From assembly GCA_002633005.1 (NCBI GenBank), contig NMRA01001215.1, positions 1-39,162 on the forward strand: 39,162 nucleotides of DNA, read 5' to 3'. Both the position numbers and the translations under genes were made by a program. Positions 1-12,300 of this stretch are shown here, one piece after another. Positions within the stretch are counted from its first letter, which is position 1, and every line of letters begins with the position of its first letter. The notes under the pieces were generated by a model that had not been told where the DNA came from, did not search any database, and was given only the letters and a program-made list of their open reading frames with translations. The stretch is from Phoronis australis (Eukaryota > Animalia > Phoronida).

Positions 1-299
1 GTGTTCGTGCAGATTGTAGATTGTAAACAAACAAGTTAGCCTTGCCCGAACGATAACGTCAGCCTGTTACATGTACCTCCACTGCGATCTAATTATTGTA
101 ATCTGCATATTTTCTTCGAAGATTCCTTTGGATGTAAGGCTAGTATACCGATCAGGTAACCAGACTTCGACTAGTGTTGGTGTCAACTTAGAATTCTTCT
201 CAATTCTTATCATGTTTGTTTCGAGCTCATTTTGTAAACGAACTTGGGTTAGTCAAATACAACATCTGTGAATATTGATGCAGACTCGCCTTTTTCCAG

Positions 300-363
300 G
301 TTAAAGCGAAAACAATCGATTGGGGAGATTGGAGTAATTCTATCGTGGAGAAAATTTCGGACG
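300..363 (+). CDS. RTK exon: C-terminal strands of an FN3 domain ([21 protein letters not shown])
   Basis: tttttccag acceptor, gtgaga donor, phase 0 to 1; VxAxT..W(G)xWS pattern of FN3 F/G strands; in phase with the TM exon. Confidence 0.8.
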
Positions 364-3300
364 GTGAGAACGGCTACTGTTTGTCAGTTTTTTACAATCT
401 ATAATTTTACTCGAGCCCTAACAAAAACCAGAGTTGCCATGCAGGCAGCGTGACGTAACGAGATCTTGTATACTGATGCACTAGGAAACAACAGTATCCA
501 TGACATACATGTAACCAAATGTCATTTGATATGAATGTTCAAAATGGAGTTTCAAAAACACTGTTGAAGTTTTCTAAGGTGTGAATGTTATAAAAGTCTT
601 AGTTTCTAGTCCCTCGTGCAATACTCAGCCATTCACAACACAGCATATCGGATGCTTCCATGAATTACAGTCTATGGATTATTGTTTCATAAAATTTCAT
701 AACATTTTTTTATTCCTGAAGATGTACATGAATGTTGCTTTTATTTCTTGATAAAGTTTTAAGCTCGATCCCAGTGCATGGTAGTTGCACGGGTGAAATC
801 AGTAAGTCTTCAAAGTCACAAATTTAAAGTGAACGATTTCAAGCAAAGACATAAAACAGCATTTTTCAAATAACTTAACAGCAATCATTGAAATACTCTG
901 CTCACTTACCAACGCATTCCTTCCGGACAGCGAAAGACATCAATCTATCTTCGGTGAATGAAAGTCTAGTAATCGGTGCGGTATGCGGATCCATGGGTTT
1001 CGTCCTTGTTTTCAGCGTTCTTGGATTTGTGTTGTATAAGTAAGTATCAATAGGCTACTGTATCTTTAAAATGGAGATTCATCACAGTTAAGCATAGCGA
1101 CCGGAAGGATAGAGTACTCCAAATAATTTGTAAAAGAGCAAAACTTTCACTCTCAAGTCCCCTGCAACGAGAAATCCGCTGTGCAACATGAATGCCGTGC
1201 TGAGGCCTACCCAGAATTTTCTAAAATTGGACAGTCGTTCTCTTTATTGGCGACCATTTCTACCTTAGGTCACAAGATTGAAAGTAAACTAATTTCCTTT
1301 CCTTAGCGTTATACTGTTTATTTTGTGTAGTACATGTACTCCCAAACTTTTAAGAAATTGTGCTTGGCTAAATGAAAACCCTCCATTATGCATCGTGATT
1401 TCGCTTTGTAATATTGACGAGCTGTGCTTGGGACGAGTAGTCAAAAAGTAAACGTTTCATTAGCATGTGTTTCGTTTCAGTATGTGCGTTATATAGATCT
1501 AACTAAAGCTCCTTATCTAGCAAATGACAGATCATTTTAAAAACAGTAAAGTGCTCGTTGTACGTGTGTATTGAATACATTTTTCAGAAAAAGACGAACC
1601 AGCCACCGCACTTCGAAAAGTGGGGAAACAATTGAAAAGTGGGATGAACCAGGTAAGGAGATGTATTCCCTCAAAAATTGTCAGCATGAGCTCTTGCAGC
1701 TTACGGATATAGTTAAAGTATAAGTATAAGTCTTTGTGGATTTGGACCTGTGCTATCACAAAAGGTGGTGATGCGAAAGCTTACTGTGAAGCACATAATT
1801 GTATCTGAATTTTTTTAGTTTTTGAACCAGTTGAAACTTCAGTAGTCCATTTCAGGTCAAATGAAATTCATTCAACTGAAAGATCGACTAAGTAAGGAGT
1901 CGCAGTTGCCATGCCACTTTGTTACATTGATCGTATATTTAAAGTGGGTGGTTAAACTAGTTCCGCTTGTAAACAACGTAGCTTAATTGGTGATGAGAAA
2001 ATCTATCTTCACTCGGTTAGGCATGATGATGCCTTTTATGCAAAGTTACACACATATGCTTCCATATTTGGTCCTTAGTTTACATGAAATTTGCTTCAGA
2101 AAACAGTAATGGCAAGACCACATTTCCGTCACTTGAGGGAGTTGAAATTATTTGACCTTCAGCCGGGTTTGGTTGTTCTGACGCATGATCCTTGGGGAAC
2201 TTTCATCACATGTTGTTGCCTAACTCTTTGTTTAATATCCTGCATGTTCGTTTCTTTGTACCTTCTCCGTAAATCGCAGATTTGGGATGTTCCTGTTTCA
2301 CGCAAGGGCCACCTTAGACCAGCTTGGCTGTAAGTAATTCCTGATGTATGTACATGTATGTACATGTATATGTATACCCGTGATGATTGTTAACAGGTCA
2401 GTCAAAACGGGTACCTCATGAGCTAGGCGGTGCTGTCGAGCTGTCTTCTTTTGATGCTGCTGACGATAAGTCGGTAAGAAGCATAGACGTCTTTACAAGT
2501 TTCAATGTGCACATCAATGTGGTCATATATGTGGCGTTCTTGGACAGGCATTTGTCCATGCCTAATCTTAATTATCCATGTGCTGAGGACCACATGCCAA
2601 CAGAAACATGGACGCATAACCCAAAAATGTTGACACCAACGGCGAAATACATAACCTGCATCTCGGAAAACAAGAATCTGAGAATTTTGCAATTTGGGAA
2701 GGATTGTGGCGGGAAGTGTGCATGTATATGCAGCATAACTTTTTCAAACATCGCTACAGTGATTGGATTTCATCTTATTCATGTGAAGTGTCTGTTGAGC
2801 CATTACATTCCCGAAAACTTAAGTTTTTGGCGAAAACTTAAGTATTTTGGAACAAGTTTTTTGAAACGAACTTATGTTTTCATAACTTAAGTTTTCAAAA
2901 ATTAAGTTTTTCAAAAACTTAAGTTCTTAAAACTTAAGTTCTGAAAACTTAAGTTTTTCAAAAACTTAAGTTCTAAAAACTTAAGTTTTTCAAAAACTTA
3001 AGTTTTCTGAAAACTTAAGTTTTCTGAAAACTTAAGTTTTAAAAACTTAAGTTCGTTCCAAAAAACTTGTTCCGAAATACTTAAGTTTTTGGAAAACTTA
3101 AGTTTCAGAAACTTAAGTTTTTGAAAACTGAAGTTTTCTAAAAGCAATAAGTTTCAATAGGACAGGCATCCAAAAACTTCGAGTTTCACTAAAACAAGAG
3201 TGGAGTACAGTAAGAAATTTAATGATTCACATCAAGATTTAACAAACTAGAGTTCTATTAATATTTCATTAACAATGATTAATTGCAGAAAATAAAATGC

Positions 3301-6300
3301 ACTTCCTAAAATACACTAGTTCCTTAAAATAAGTGAATATAAGTGAAATATCAAAATCTTAAAAACCAGAAACATTTCAAAAATCAGTTCATCAAGTGTC
3401 TTGCATACAATGCGGTGAAAACTAGATGAGGCTAATATCATATTCATATTTGCATCGTTCTCAGTCTATGACAATTATGCAATAACTGAGGGAACAAAAT
3501 GGTGTGTACAAACACAGAAATCACTACAAAATCATGAAACACATCCAAAGAAAATCTAATTACATAGTCAGGAAGGACTACAACAAAAGCCTACGTTTCA
3601 ACAGCACAGACTTTTTCAACTAAAATTACAGCAATGACATCAAGAATAGCAAATCACTTAATGTGCAAAATCCAAAAATATCTGCAGAGACAAAAGCATA
3701 ACATCAAACGTAACAGGTAAGTAACAGTTTATCGACAATGACCACAGATCTGATTTTGGGAAGTACAATCCTTATGCTAGAAAGAGTGCCCAGAATCACC
3801 TATCATTGTTTTCAACCTCAAAAATATCAATTTAAAAGTCAAAGTTTCATTTTGTTGACAATCATAATAACAGTAAATCCAATACACTCCATAGTGCAAA
3901 CAAGTTTCACTAAAAATAACCCTAAGTACAACCTGGTTATACGAGACTGAAATCAGAAAACTTAGACCTTTGACCACAAAAATATTCTTTTCCCTTCGAT
4001 TTAAAGCTACTGAACTTCATACACAAATCTATAGGGCGTTTCATTCTAACATCGAAGATTTTGGGAGTTAATGTCAGTATGAAAGCTTAAACTTTGGTGC
4101 TGGAAGGAAGTTAACAGTGCCAGTTAACTTCGCACTAAACAGGTGGATTTAAGTGCTTAGCGTCAATGCTGCCACGCAGTATAAACGATCAACTTCGGTC
4201 CTATCAAAGTTATTGCCAGGGGACACTGTTATCATTAACAATTGCATAGTAGCGTGATTGCTAATAGTCTCTCATACCTTGCTCTAATAATCACCAATCA
4301 ATTTAAAAATAAGTTTTATGTCAATTAACACATGTAAATGTTCCCAAATTGTCACATCTTAGCGTGCAGTGCTACCTTGTGATACCTTCGATCATGACAG
4401 CGTCACCTACTGTTTACTTCGAAGTTCATGAACTACCGAAGCCAGAATGAACGGTCCAGTTAACTTTGCAGTATACGACGATGCTCCGCTCAGACAAGAG
4501 TTAAGTCAAGGTGAAAGGGCTCTATGCTAGACCACAAGAGACTTAATCTTCTTTAGCAGGATCTGCTCACTTAGCTTCACAGGCAAATAATCCATGTTTT
4601 GTGACTACAAACACGCATTTCTGATCTCAGCTAACTGAATTCATAGGTTCATGAACTGCAGTTCATAAGTGCGTACGATGTGACGTCTTGGTAGCCTTCC
4701 TTATCCAACGATTGTTGAAGGCACATTCTGCAATAAAGACAACAAATTTTAATAACAGACGGGTAAAAGCTATCAGTACAAGACAACTTAACTTGCTGGA
4801 TATTTATTGTGCTGTTTATACAACACTAATTTGTAAAACTTCCTGACTTATATACAGAGCCTAGAAAATAGTCTTCAAACTCAAAATTTAACCAATCACT
4901 CTCCAGGATTCAAGTGCAAGACTAGTCTGCAAGTTTACTTCACGCATGCACTGCAGTGGGTCAATTTTCCACATACTGTTTTGAATGAAGTTTTAATCCT
5001 GGATTCACGACATTCAAAACAATTTTATTCTATACAACTTGAATACAAAACATGCACATGGTCACCTACCATGCTATCACATTCTAGAACAAGCCGTGCA
5101 TATGTGTTAATAAAAGTTGGACTTCAGGCTAACCAGGTATCGTGTTCTGTAACTTTTTAGTTCAAGTTCTATGACAAATTAACTAATATTTTTATCAAAT
5201 GATGAAACTGTTGGTAACTGCAATAAACTACAATTCCCATTATTTTATGAACTTTTCATTGTTTAATTCGTTAATCTGATAAGACAATGCACAACTCTAC
5301 ATAATGAGCAGAGCTAGTTGTATTCTAACTAGCTGTCTCCAGCCAGCATAGAACTAAAATGTCTTCTTAGTAATGTTTCATGGACACTTAGCTGGCACAA
5401 ACAGGGTTAGAACTGAAAGTTTAATCTCACATGTATACTTCCACGTGTACTTTTTGAAACTTATAGCAAAACCAAGAAGCTTTGACTTGACCAAATGGCT
5501 ACAAGAATCAGTGAGCTTGTTAAAGATTATAAGCCCATTGGCTAAACCAAGGACATATTTCATATGGTTTCAAATTCAAACCCTGATAGCACACTATTTT
5601 TAACTCAACACTGAAACATATGAGGCTCTACCTGCCATGTGGATGTAAACAGCCCAATACCACCCCTGGGTGATTGTTTCGATGGAAATGTTTGGATGTC
5701 TAGTTCTTCCTTGTACTCTGCCAAGTTATAGAGACCTGAAAACAATGAGATATTAGCAAACATATCAGAATGTAATAGCTTCTTAAGAATCCAGACATAA
5801 CCCATTTACAGGGAACGTTATCCATGTAAAGATCAGGGGCGGTCGGGCGGATCCAGGATTTTGAGTTGGGGTGGTTAGGGCAGAGTATTAGGTAGGGTTT
5901 TGCCCATCAGACATTCACCCCCTAACCCCCCCAACTGCCACCTGATCTTGTAGCGTTTTAGGCGGCCGGGGCCATGGCCCCTTAGCTGTCCTCTGAATCC
6001 ACCATTGGATATACTGGCATGGTCTTCACGAGAGGTCTTACGTAACCATAATAGTTTACACTACAGTAAATATAAAATTATTATCTTATGTACTACAGTA
6101 AACATAAAAATACTATATCCTGTACTCCTACCAATCACTTTACTGGCTGACATTTGCAAAGATATTAAATTGAGGTTCCAAGCAAATTTCTTGAGGGAAA
6201 AGAATATGCCCCTACAGACATTGGGAGATCATTCTAGTCAGTCCATATTCAACTCAACTCAACTGTAGGTAAAGTTGTACCCAGATTAACTATCACTTTC

Positions 6301-9300
6301 ACCATGACACTGAAATATTTGATTTCAATAAAACCAGTCGAACTCGCATTGAATGAGAAAATTTTAAGTCTGAATATGCAAACTGTTGAGACATTCTAGT
6401 ATTCCACAACCCGGTAAAAATTCGAAAGCACATACTCAATCCCAAAGTCAATTCACACAGATTTTCCTTATTTGTATTGAATTATTTGGTGCAATTAGGT
6501 AGGAATTATGCAAGTTTCACTGTGCTTAACAATAGTTAACACGTAGACTGGTGAGAGTTCACTTGGGTACATTGTGACCTATGCCGGGGGGTATTCCAGA
6601 TAGGGTACTAGTAGTGGGATCGGGATGTCCTTTTGCGTTCAATAACCTAGATCCTCCCGACAAACCTGACCAAATCAATCAAAATAAGCAATACAATAGT
6701 TACATTGGTTACTCTTAATTTTGAGAACCAGGCACATGCGCACACCCAGGGGAGGCTCGAACGAGCACCCCCCCCCCCACTTGCCGAAGTAGAAACAAAA
6801 AAAATGAGAAAACAAGACACGAGTCCACTAAAATGCTTTAATACAGGAATGCACTGTGCACAGCTCTGAACATACCACGTTTTTTTTAGTAAAAGGTCAA
6901 CATGCCCAAAAATTTGAGCACCCCCATATTTTAGGATTGGTGCGTGGATGAGGCAAGTGAACCTTGCAAATTATTGACCTGTAGAGATATGAGATTTCAA
7001 AATCAGAAGCTTCCAAGAATTACTACGAACATAGACATAAGCACACACAACCAATGTCAATATACCCAACTTGGGAAATGTACACTTTGCCTTGGTAGTT
7101 CCCCCCCCCCCTTGCATTGATCACACTGACCTGAGCACTGACACAACCTCAGAAGACAGAAATATATATAGTAATAGCCTTATATGAAAGTTATGGCTTC
7201 CTATGATGGACCTCCAGAAGTATATTACGCGTTAGAAGTTTAGATAATTCACACACAGAATGAGTCCATGTCGGTATATGACAGCGTGACTCGTGAGTGG
7301 CTGACAATAACAACTGAACTTAACACGTTCGTTGGAAATCACAGCACCGATTGTGGCCAATCGATTTTAGAACGCTCTCTGGAACTAACCTGACTTTCCA
7401 AAACTTCTGAAACGTCTTCTTGCTGGCTCTGCTCGTTGTAATATCAACTTCATTGTCGCGGGTTAGCCAACACACGACTTTTTCTTCGAAGTTGACTGTC
7501 GGTTATAAAATTCAAACTGTTGACTTCCGGTGGAAACTGCCTTACGAATACAACTCAACACAAAGGAAACTTGCAAAATAACAACGTTTTTTAAGAATTA
7601 CATGAGTTCTTTTGATTACATTGTACTGACCAGGTCAGTGTCTCAGGGGATTAACATTGGGTGCATTATTACTGCTGTTGGTCACCGGATGTTTGTCTAC
7701 ATTTAAATTCACAAAGACGTAGTGCCGTAATGATTACATAACTGCACTAATTCCTGTACTGACCAGGTAAAACGTTCGTCGTTTTATGGTATTTGTATCT
7801 ATATAAATGTTAAGGAAACATTCCGGCAACATTTTGCATGAGATGATGGGTTTTGCATGAGCAAACAATTATTTTTTGTTGGAAAGTAATGGGAAAAATT
7901 TCGAACCAAAAATTAAATATCTCACAATTTTCAAATTTTAAAAACTTGAAAACGTAAATTTTCATCACATAGAAACCTTAGAGTTTTTAGAAAATTCAAG
8001 TTTTCCACAAATGAAAAAATCCAGTTTTCTGAAAAACTTAACATTGTGCTGAAAAACTTATGTTTTTGGCGAAAAACTTAAGTTTTAAAAACTTAAGTTT
8101 CTCTTAAAAACTTAAGTTTTTCGGAAGAACTTAAGTTTTTCCTCTAACACTTAAGTTATTTTCGAAAAACTTAAGTTTTTTCGCCAAAAACTTAAGTTTT
8201 CAGCGAAAAACTTAAGTTCATTTTTGTAAGGGAGAACATGTCTATGTCTGATTTAACTTCAACGAACGGTTGATGTCATAGTTTTTCGAACTTGTTCCAG
8301 GATGACAATGAAGCCACTATCGCATACGAGACTGTGGCTAACGACGGACGGACTTCCAAAGTGTATGAGAAGATTGAGCCATCATATTGGACGATACCAC
8401 TTAATTCAATCGTCTTCGGTGACGTCGTCGGTAAAGGGAGTTTTGGCGATGTGCTTTCTGCTACCATTGCCAAAGATGGCGCTATTACCAAGGTGGCATT
8501 AAAACGATTAAACGGTAAGTATATCCAGGTACAGGTCCATACTGTGTTCGGGGTATGGCGATTTCCTGATCGGTCACTTGTTAAAGCGCATTGTCTGTCC
8601 AATGTTGGATTCGCTCAGGTCGTGATTCTGGATATGTAATTCACATTAACTACTGTAAATGCAACTCCATGGTTACCAAGAAATGTATACTGTCTTCCAT
8701 AAGGAAAATACTTGTGTTTACTACGACCTGTTACAAGATTGTGTTTTTGTAGAGACGTGGAATGGACAGACCATTGTCGGTGCTCGCGCTGTGTTTGGTT
8801 GCGTGCTCCCGAATAGCTACATGTACATGTTGTTGTCTAATCCATTTTAATCTGTGCAACGTTTTAGCTTGCGCCACAAACAAAGACAAGGCCGACTTTA
8901 TCGGGGAGCTTAATATACTTAGCCAAGTGGGAAGTCACGCAAACGTCATATCCTTGATAGGAGCTTGTGAATATGAAGGTAATGTGTTGAACTCGCTCAA
9001 TACCAGGGGGCTTCAAGCTAGCCCCCGGTTTGGTGAAGTGAGCAAAAAAGTCCGCCTCGGAGATACAAAAACACTGAAAAAAGTAGAAAACTAGACAAAA
9101 TCCACTAAAAAGGCAAGAACTGTCAAAATTGTGCGAATGCCATTTCAAAGCTCTGCACGTGCCCCTTGAATCTTACTATAACGATTATAGGAAATTCGAG
9201 GCTCCTGTTTTTAGGCTGTGCGCTCGCATAAATATCAGTTAATTGAGTAAAAATTGATTACAGTCACAAAAGCACAAAAACATAAAAACACAAGAAAAAA

Positions 9301-12300
9301 TAAAAATTCTAAAGCATGACACGGATAAAATAGAAGTCAAACATTTAATTCCATCGTGGTCCGTATAGGCAGTCTTGGCATACATGTTCCAACTAACAAT
9401 TGGTGAAGTTGAGGTAACATAGGATTTATTCAAGATTAAAAACCAGCGCAGAGTAACAAAATTTCCCTCCCATAGAGCCCTGGAAATGTAAACGTATTGT
9501 GACTGACACCTTAAGTACAAACCCCCAACTCAAAGATAATGCTACACAATTAAACATGGTAAAGATCTGAGGAATTAAGAGCAATTCTATGTAAAAACCA
9601 GACGTTGGGCTATATATGCAAAATCACCGCACATCAGCTGGCCTTGTCAAAAGAAACGTGAGCCTGATTTTTAAGAGCTTCTGAGTTTTGTTATTCCTTT
9701 TTACGACCACTTTGTGCTTTTTCTGAAAAATAACTAATAATGGTACTGGGAAGTAGGTGACTTTTTATCAGCAACAACACATCATTGCTTCCCATTATAG
9801 AAAAGATAACAATATAGCATAAAGAAGAAAGAATAACATAAAAGAAAAATTAGTTTGGATGGATTTATTGATTTTTAAGTACTCCCATTTTAGCCTACAA
9901 AATGTCATTTCACTGCTTATTATTAAGGCCATTTTTACGCATTTTTATCGCTATCCCAAATCTTTATCGAATTCTTTTGAAACATGAGTTAACTTCCATC
10001 TGTTACTGCTGTCTTTGTTCAGTCCAATGCAAGAATAAAAAATCTTGTCTCTTTCATAGTTTTTGTGCAATCAATGTTTTACTTGGTGCAAAAATTAAAG
10101 TCTTTTATAAGATTTGAGAACTCAAAAAAGTCCATTTTAATGTACTGATGAGTTAATAATACAACCCTCATCATCATTTCTGAGAAGCAGGTTATATTCT
10201 TATCAAGGGTGCCCATTACCCCTTGCTTGGTCAGTTTTCGAACACAGTAATGGACTAAGAATCCCACGCACTGCCTGCAGTGCATGCTGGTACATTTACA
10301 AACCTCCTGGACAAGACCCTGTATATGCGCTTGAAAAAGTCCTTTCAAACTATTAGCAAAGTTCATACTAAAACTAATCAAGATCTTCGAGATCAGAAGT
10401 GAAAAGAGAACCGTGAATACGACCAGAAGTGTCGTGTTATTGGACATAAAAGGATCACGCAATGCTTCTTGTACTACACAAAAGCGGCCGAGCCCGGTGG
10501 CAGTGCGCTTATGGAATTTGCAATTTTAGAAAAATACAAGTACGGATATTTCCGATAAAAAACATAATACTTTCAGTTATATCTAAGGAACCGGGTTTCA
10601 ATATTTAAGCAATTGGGTGTTTTTGTGACTTACCAGCTAAAGTTTCACAATATGTAAATTCCGTTCATGCGGCGGACTCAAATTCACAGTTTCTCGAAGG
10701 TACAAGTGTGCTAGGTTTAGTGTATGATGCATTTCCACACAGCACTTCAAAAACTGCATTTTGTTTGAAAACACAATGGCTACTGAAACACAAAGTCCTT
10801 TTATTTTGCTCAGTACACATGTCTAAGATAGACATTTCGCAAAACTAGATAATCACTCCTTTTAAAATCTCAGAAGTTTCAATACCTTTAGAATCAATCA
10901 CGCATGCCATCCTAACCCGCTAACCGGATAGGCATGTCAGGTTTGTGCAACGGGGCAGTCAGTAAGTCGAAAGTTGTCAGCGAGAGCTAATACGATCTTC
11001 TGAACTGACATCATGGCCTGATGACCCAAGACAACGGATGTGATAAATATGAAGTAACTTTTTAACAATTCCACTAACAGGAACTAAGAAACGAAACTGG
11101 CGAAAAAACCATTTCGACATGCGAAAATCAACGCCCCATTCAATCTTCCGCTTCACTCTAGTTGTGTGTTCTGGATAACAGCACGTCAATTTTTGTCTAA
11201 ATCCAAGTCCAATTTCATGTCGATGTGTAAAACATATAATGGCGCATTTCCATTGGTTTTCAAGTCCAGCCTCCTCTCTCACAGCATCGAACACTCGAGC
11301 TCTGGCAAGAATCAATTGTAATTCCGATATACTTTCAAACTTCTGTGGCACTTTGCACGAAGTCAGATGACTTTTGACGTCTTTAACACAGCCAATGAAG
11401 GCCATATTTCATCCGCGATCACAGTTTTGTAACGAAAATTGACCAAATGTACACGAAGGAAGTTCCTACATATTCTTTGCAGTGACAGGAAGTGCATGTA
11501 ATCTCGAACCCTAAAGTGCTATTGGTAAAGTTAAACAAAGAATGGAGTATTTCAGAAAATTTGGGACTCAAAAGTGAAACTTTTTGTGGTATTGTATTGT
11601 TAATATTAGATCATATGTTTTAGGTGCTTTATCTGAACTGAGAGTAGCCTCAATTTTCTTGTCAGTCAGAGTAAGGTCACATCACAAAAATGCCCAAATT
11701 CGAGGGCCACGTTTAGCACTAAATATATAAGAGACAAGTTTTTTGGAAAACAGTTATCAAAGTTGTAACTTAGAAGTGTCTACTCAGAGAATTTCAACTT
11801 CAAATATATTCCGATATAGCATGCAGGTTACCCAACAACTTGCAACTTGTGACTGGCCTGAAAAGTGGTCTCGGATTTTTCTCCCCTGCTGGAAATTTAA
11901 ATGAACCTATGAGTTACAAATTTCATTTTCTTACTAACCTCTACATGAGTCTTTGTGACCATCAATGTCTAACTTTGTCACCAGCGTTGCTGTTCAAAAA
12001 TTACAGTTTTACTGACATGAAATAATGCAAAAATATGCCGTTATAGCCAAATAGGTCACGTCGCGGTAACCAGAGGTCATTGAGTGCAAATGTTGCATCA
12101 GTGTACTTTGGGCCAGCGTCCCAACACATGCACAAGATATTTGCTCTGTATGAATTGTTGAGTATATAGTGATTTTTCATTGTCATACGGTTTTTATATG
12201 GAATCATTCTTATAGGTACTGAGTAGAAAATTAAGTTGAATATTTAGATAAACTGGTTCTAGACACTCCCCAAAACACACCCTGTACAACGTAAATTCCG

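Larger units (their letters stand above)
2810..8232. mobile_element. About 5.4 kb non-autonomous DNA transposon-like insertion with subterminal AAAACTTAAGTTTT arrays (CMC/EnSpm- or foldback-like)
   Basis: Arrays at about 2813-3140 and 8030-8220 share an inverted match (gaaaacttaagtttttggcgaaaa vs ttttcgccaaaaacttaagttttc). CCC at 2810 and GGG at 8230-8232. No TSD or transposase recognised; left boundary uncertain. Confidence 0.65.

Noticed and set aside
71-155. Additional RTK exon ending at the cag|gtaacc donor at 155
   Set aside because: The phase-0 frame needed to join exon 300 has TAG at 141-143.
2813-3140. CRISPR-like appearance of short palindromic repeats
   Set aside because: Units are adjacent with no unique spacers, there are no cas genes, and the context is a eukaryotic intron.
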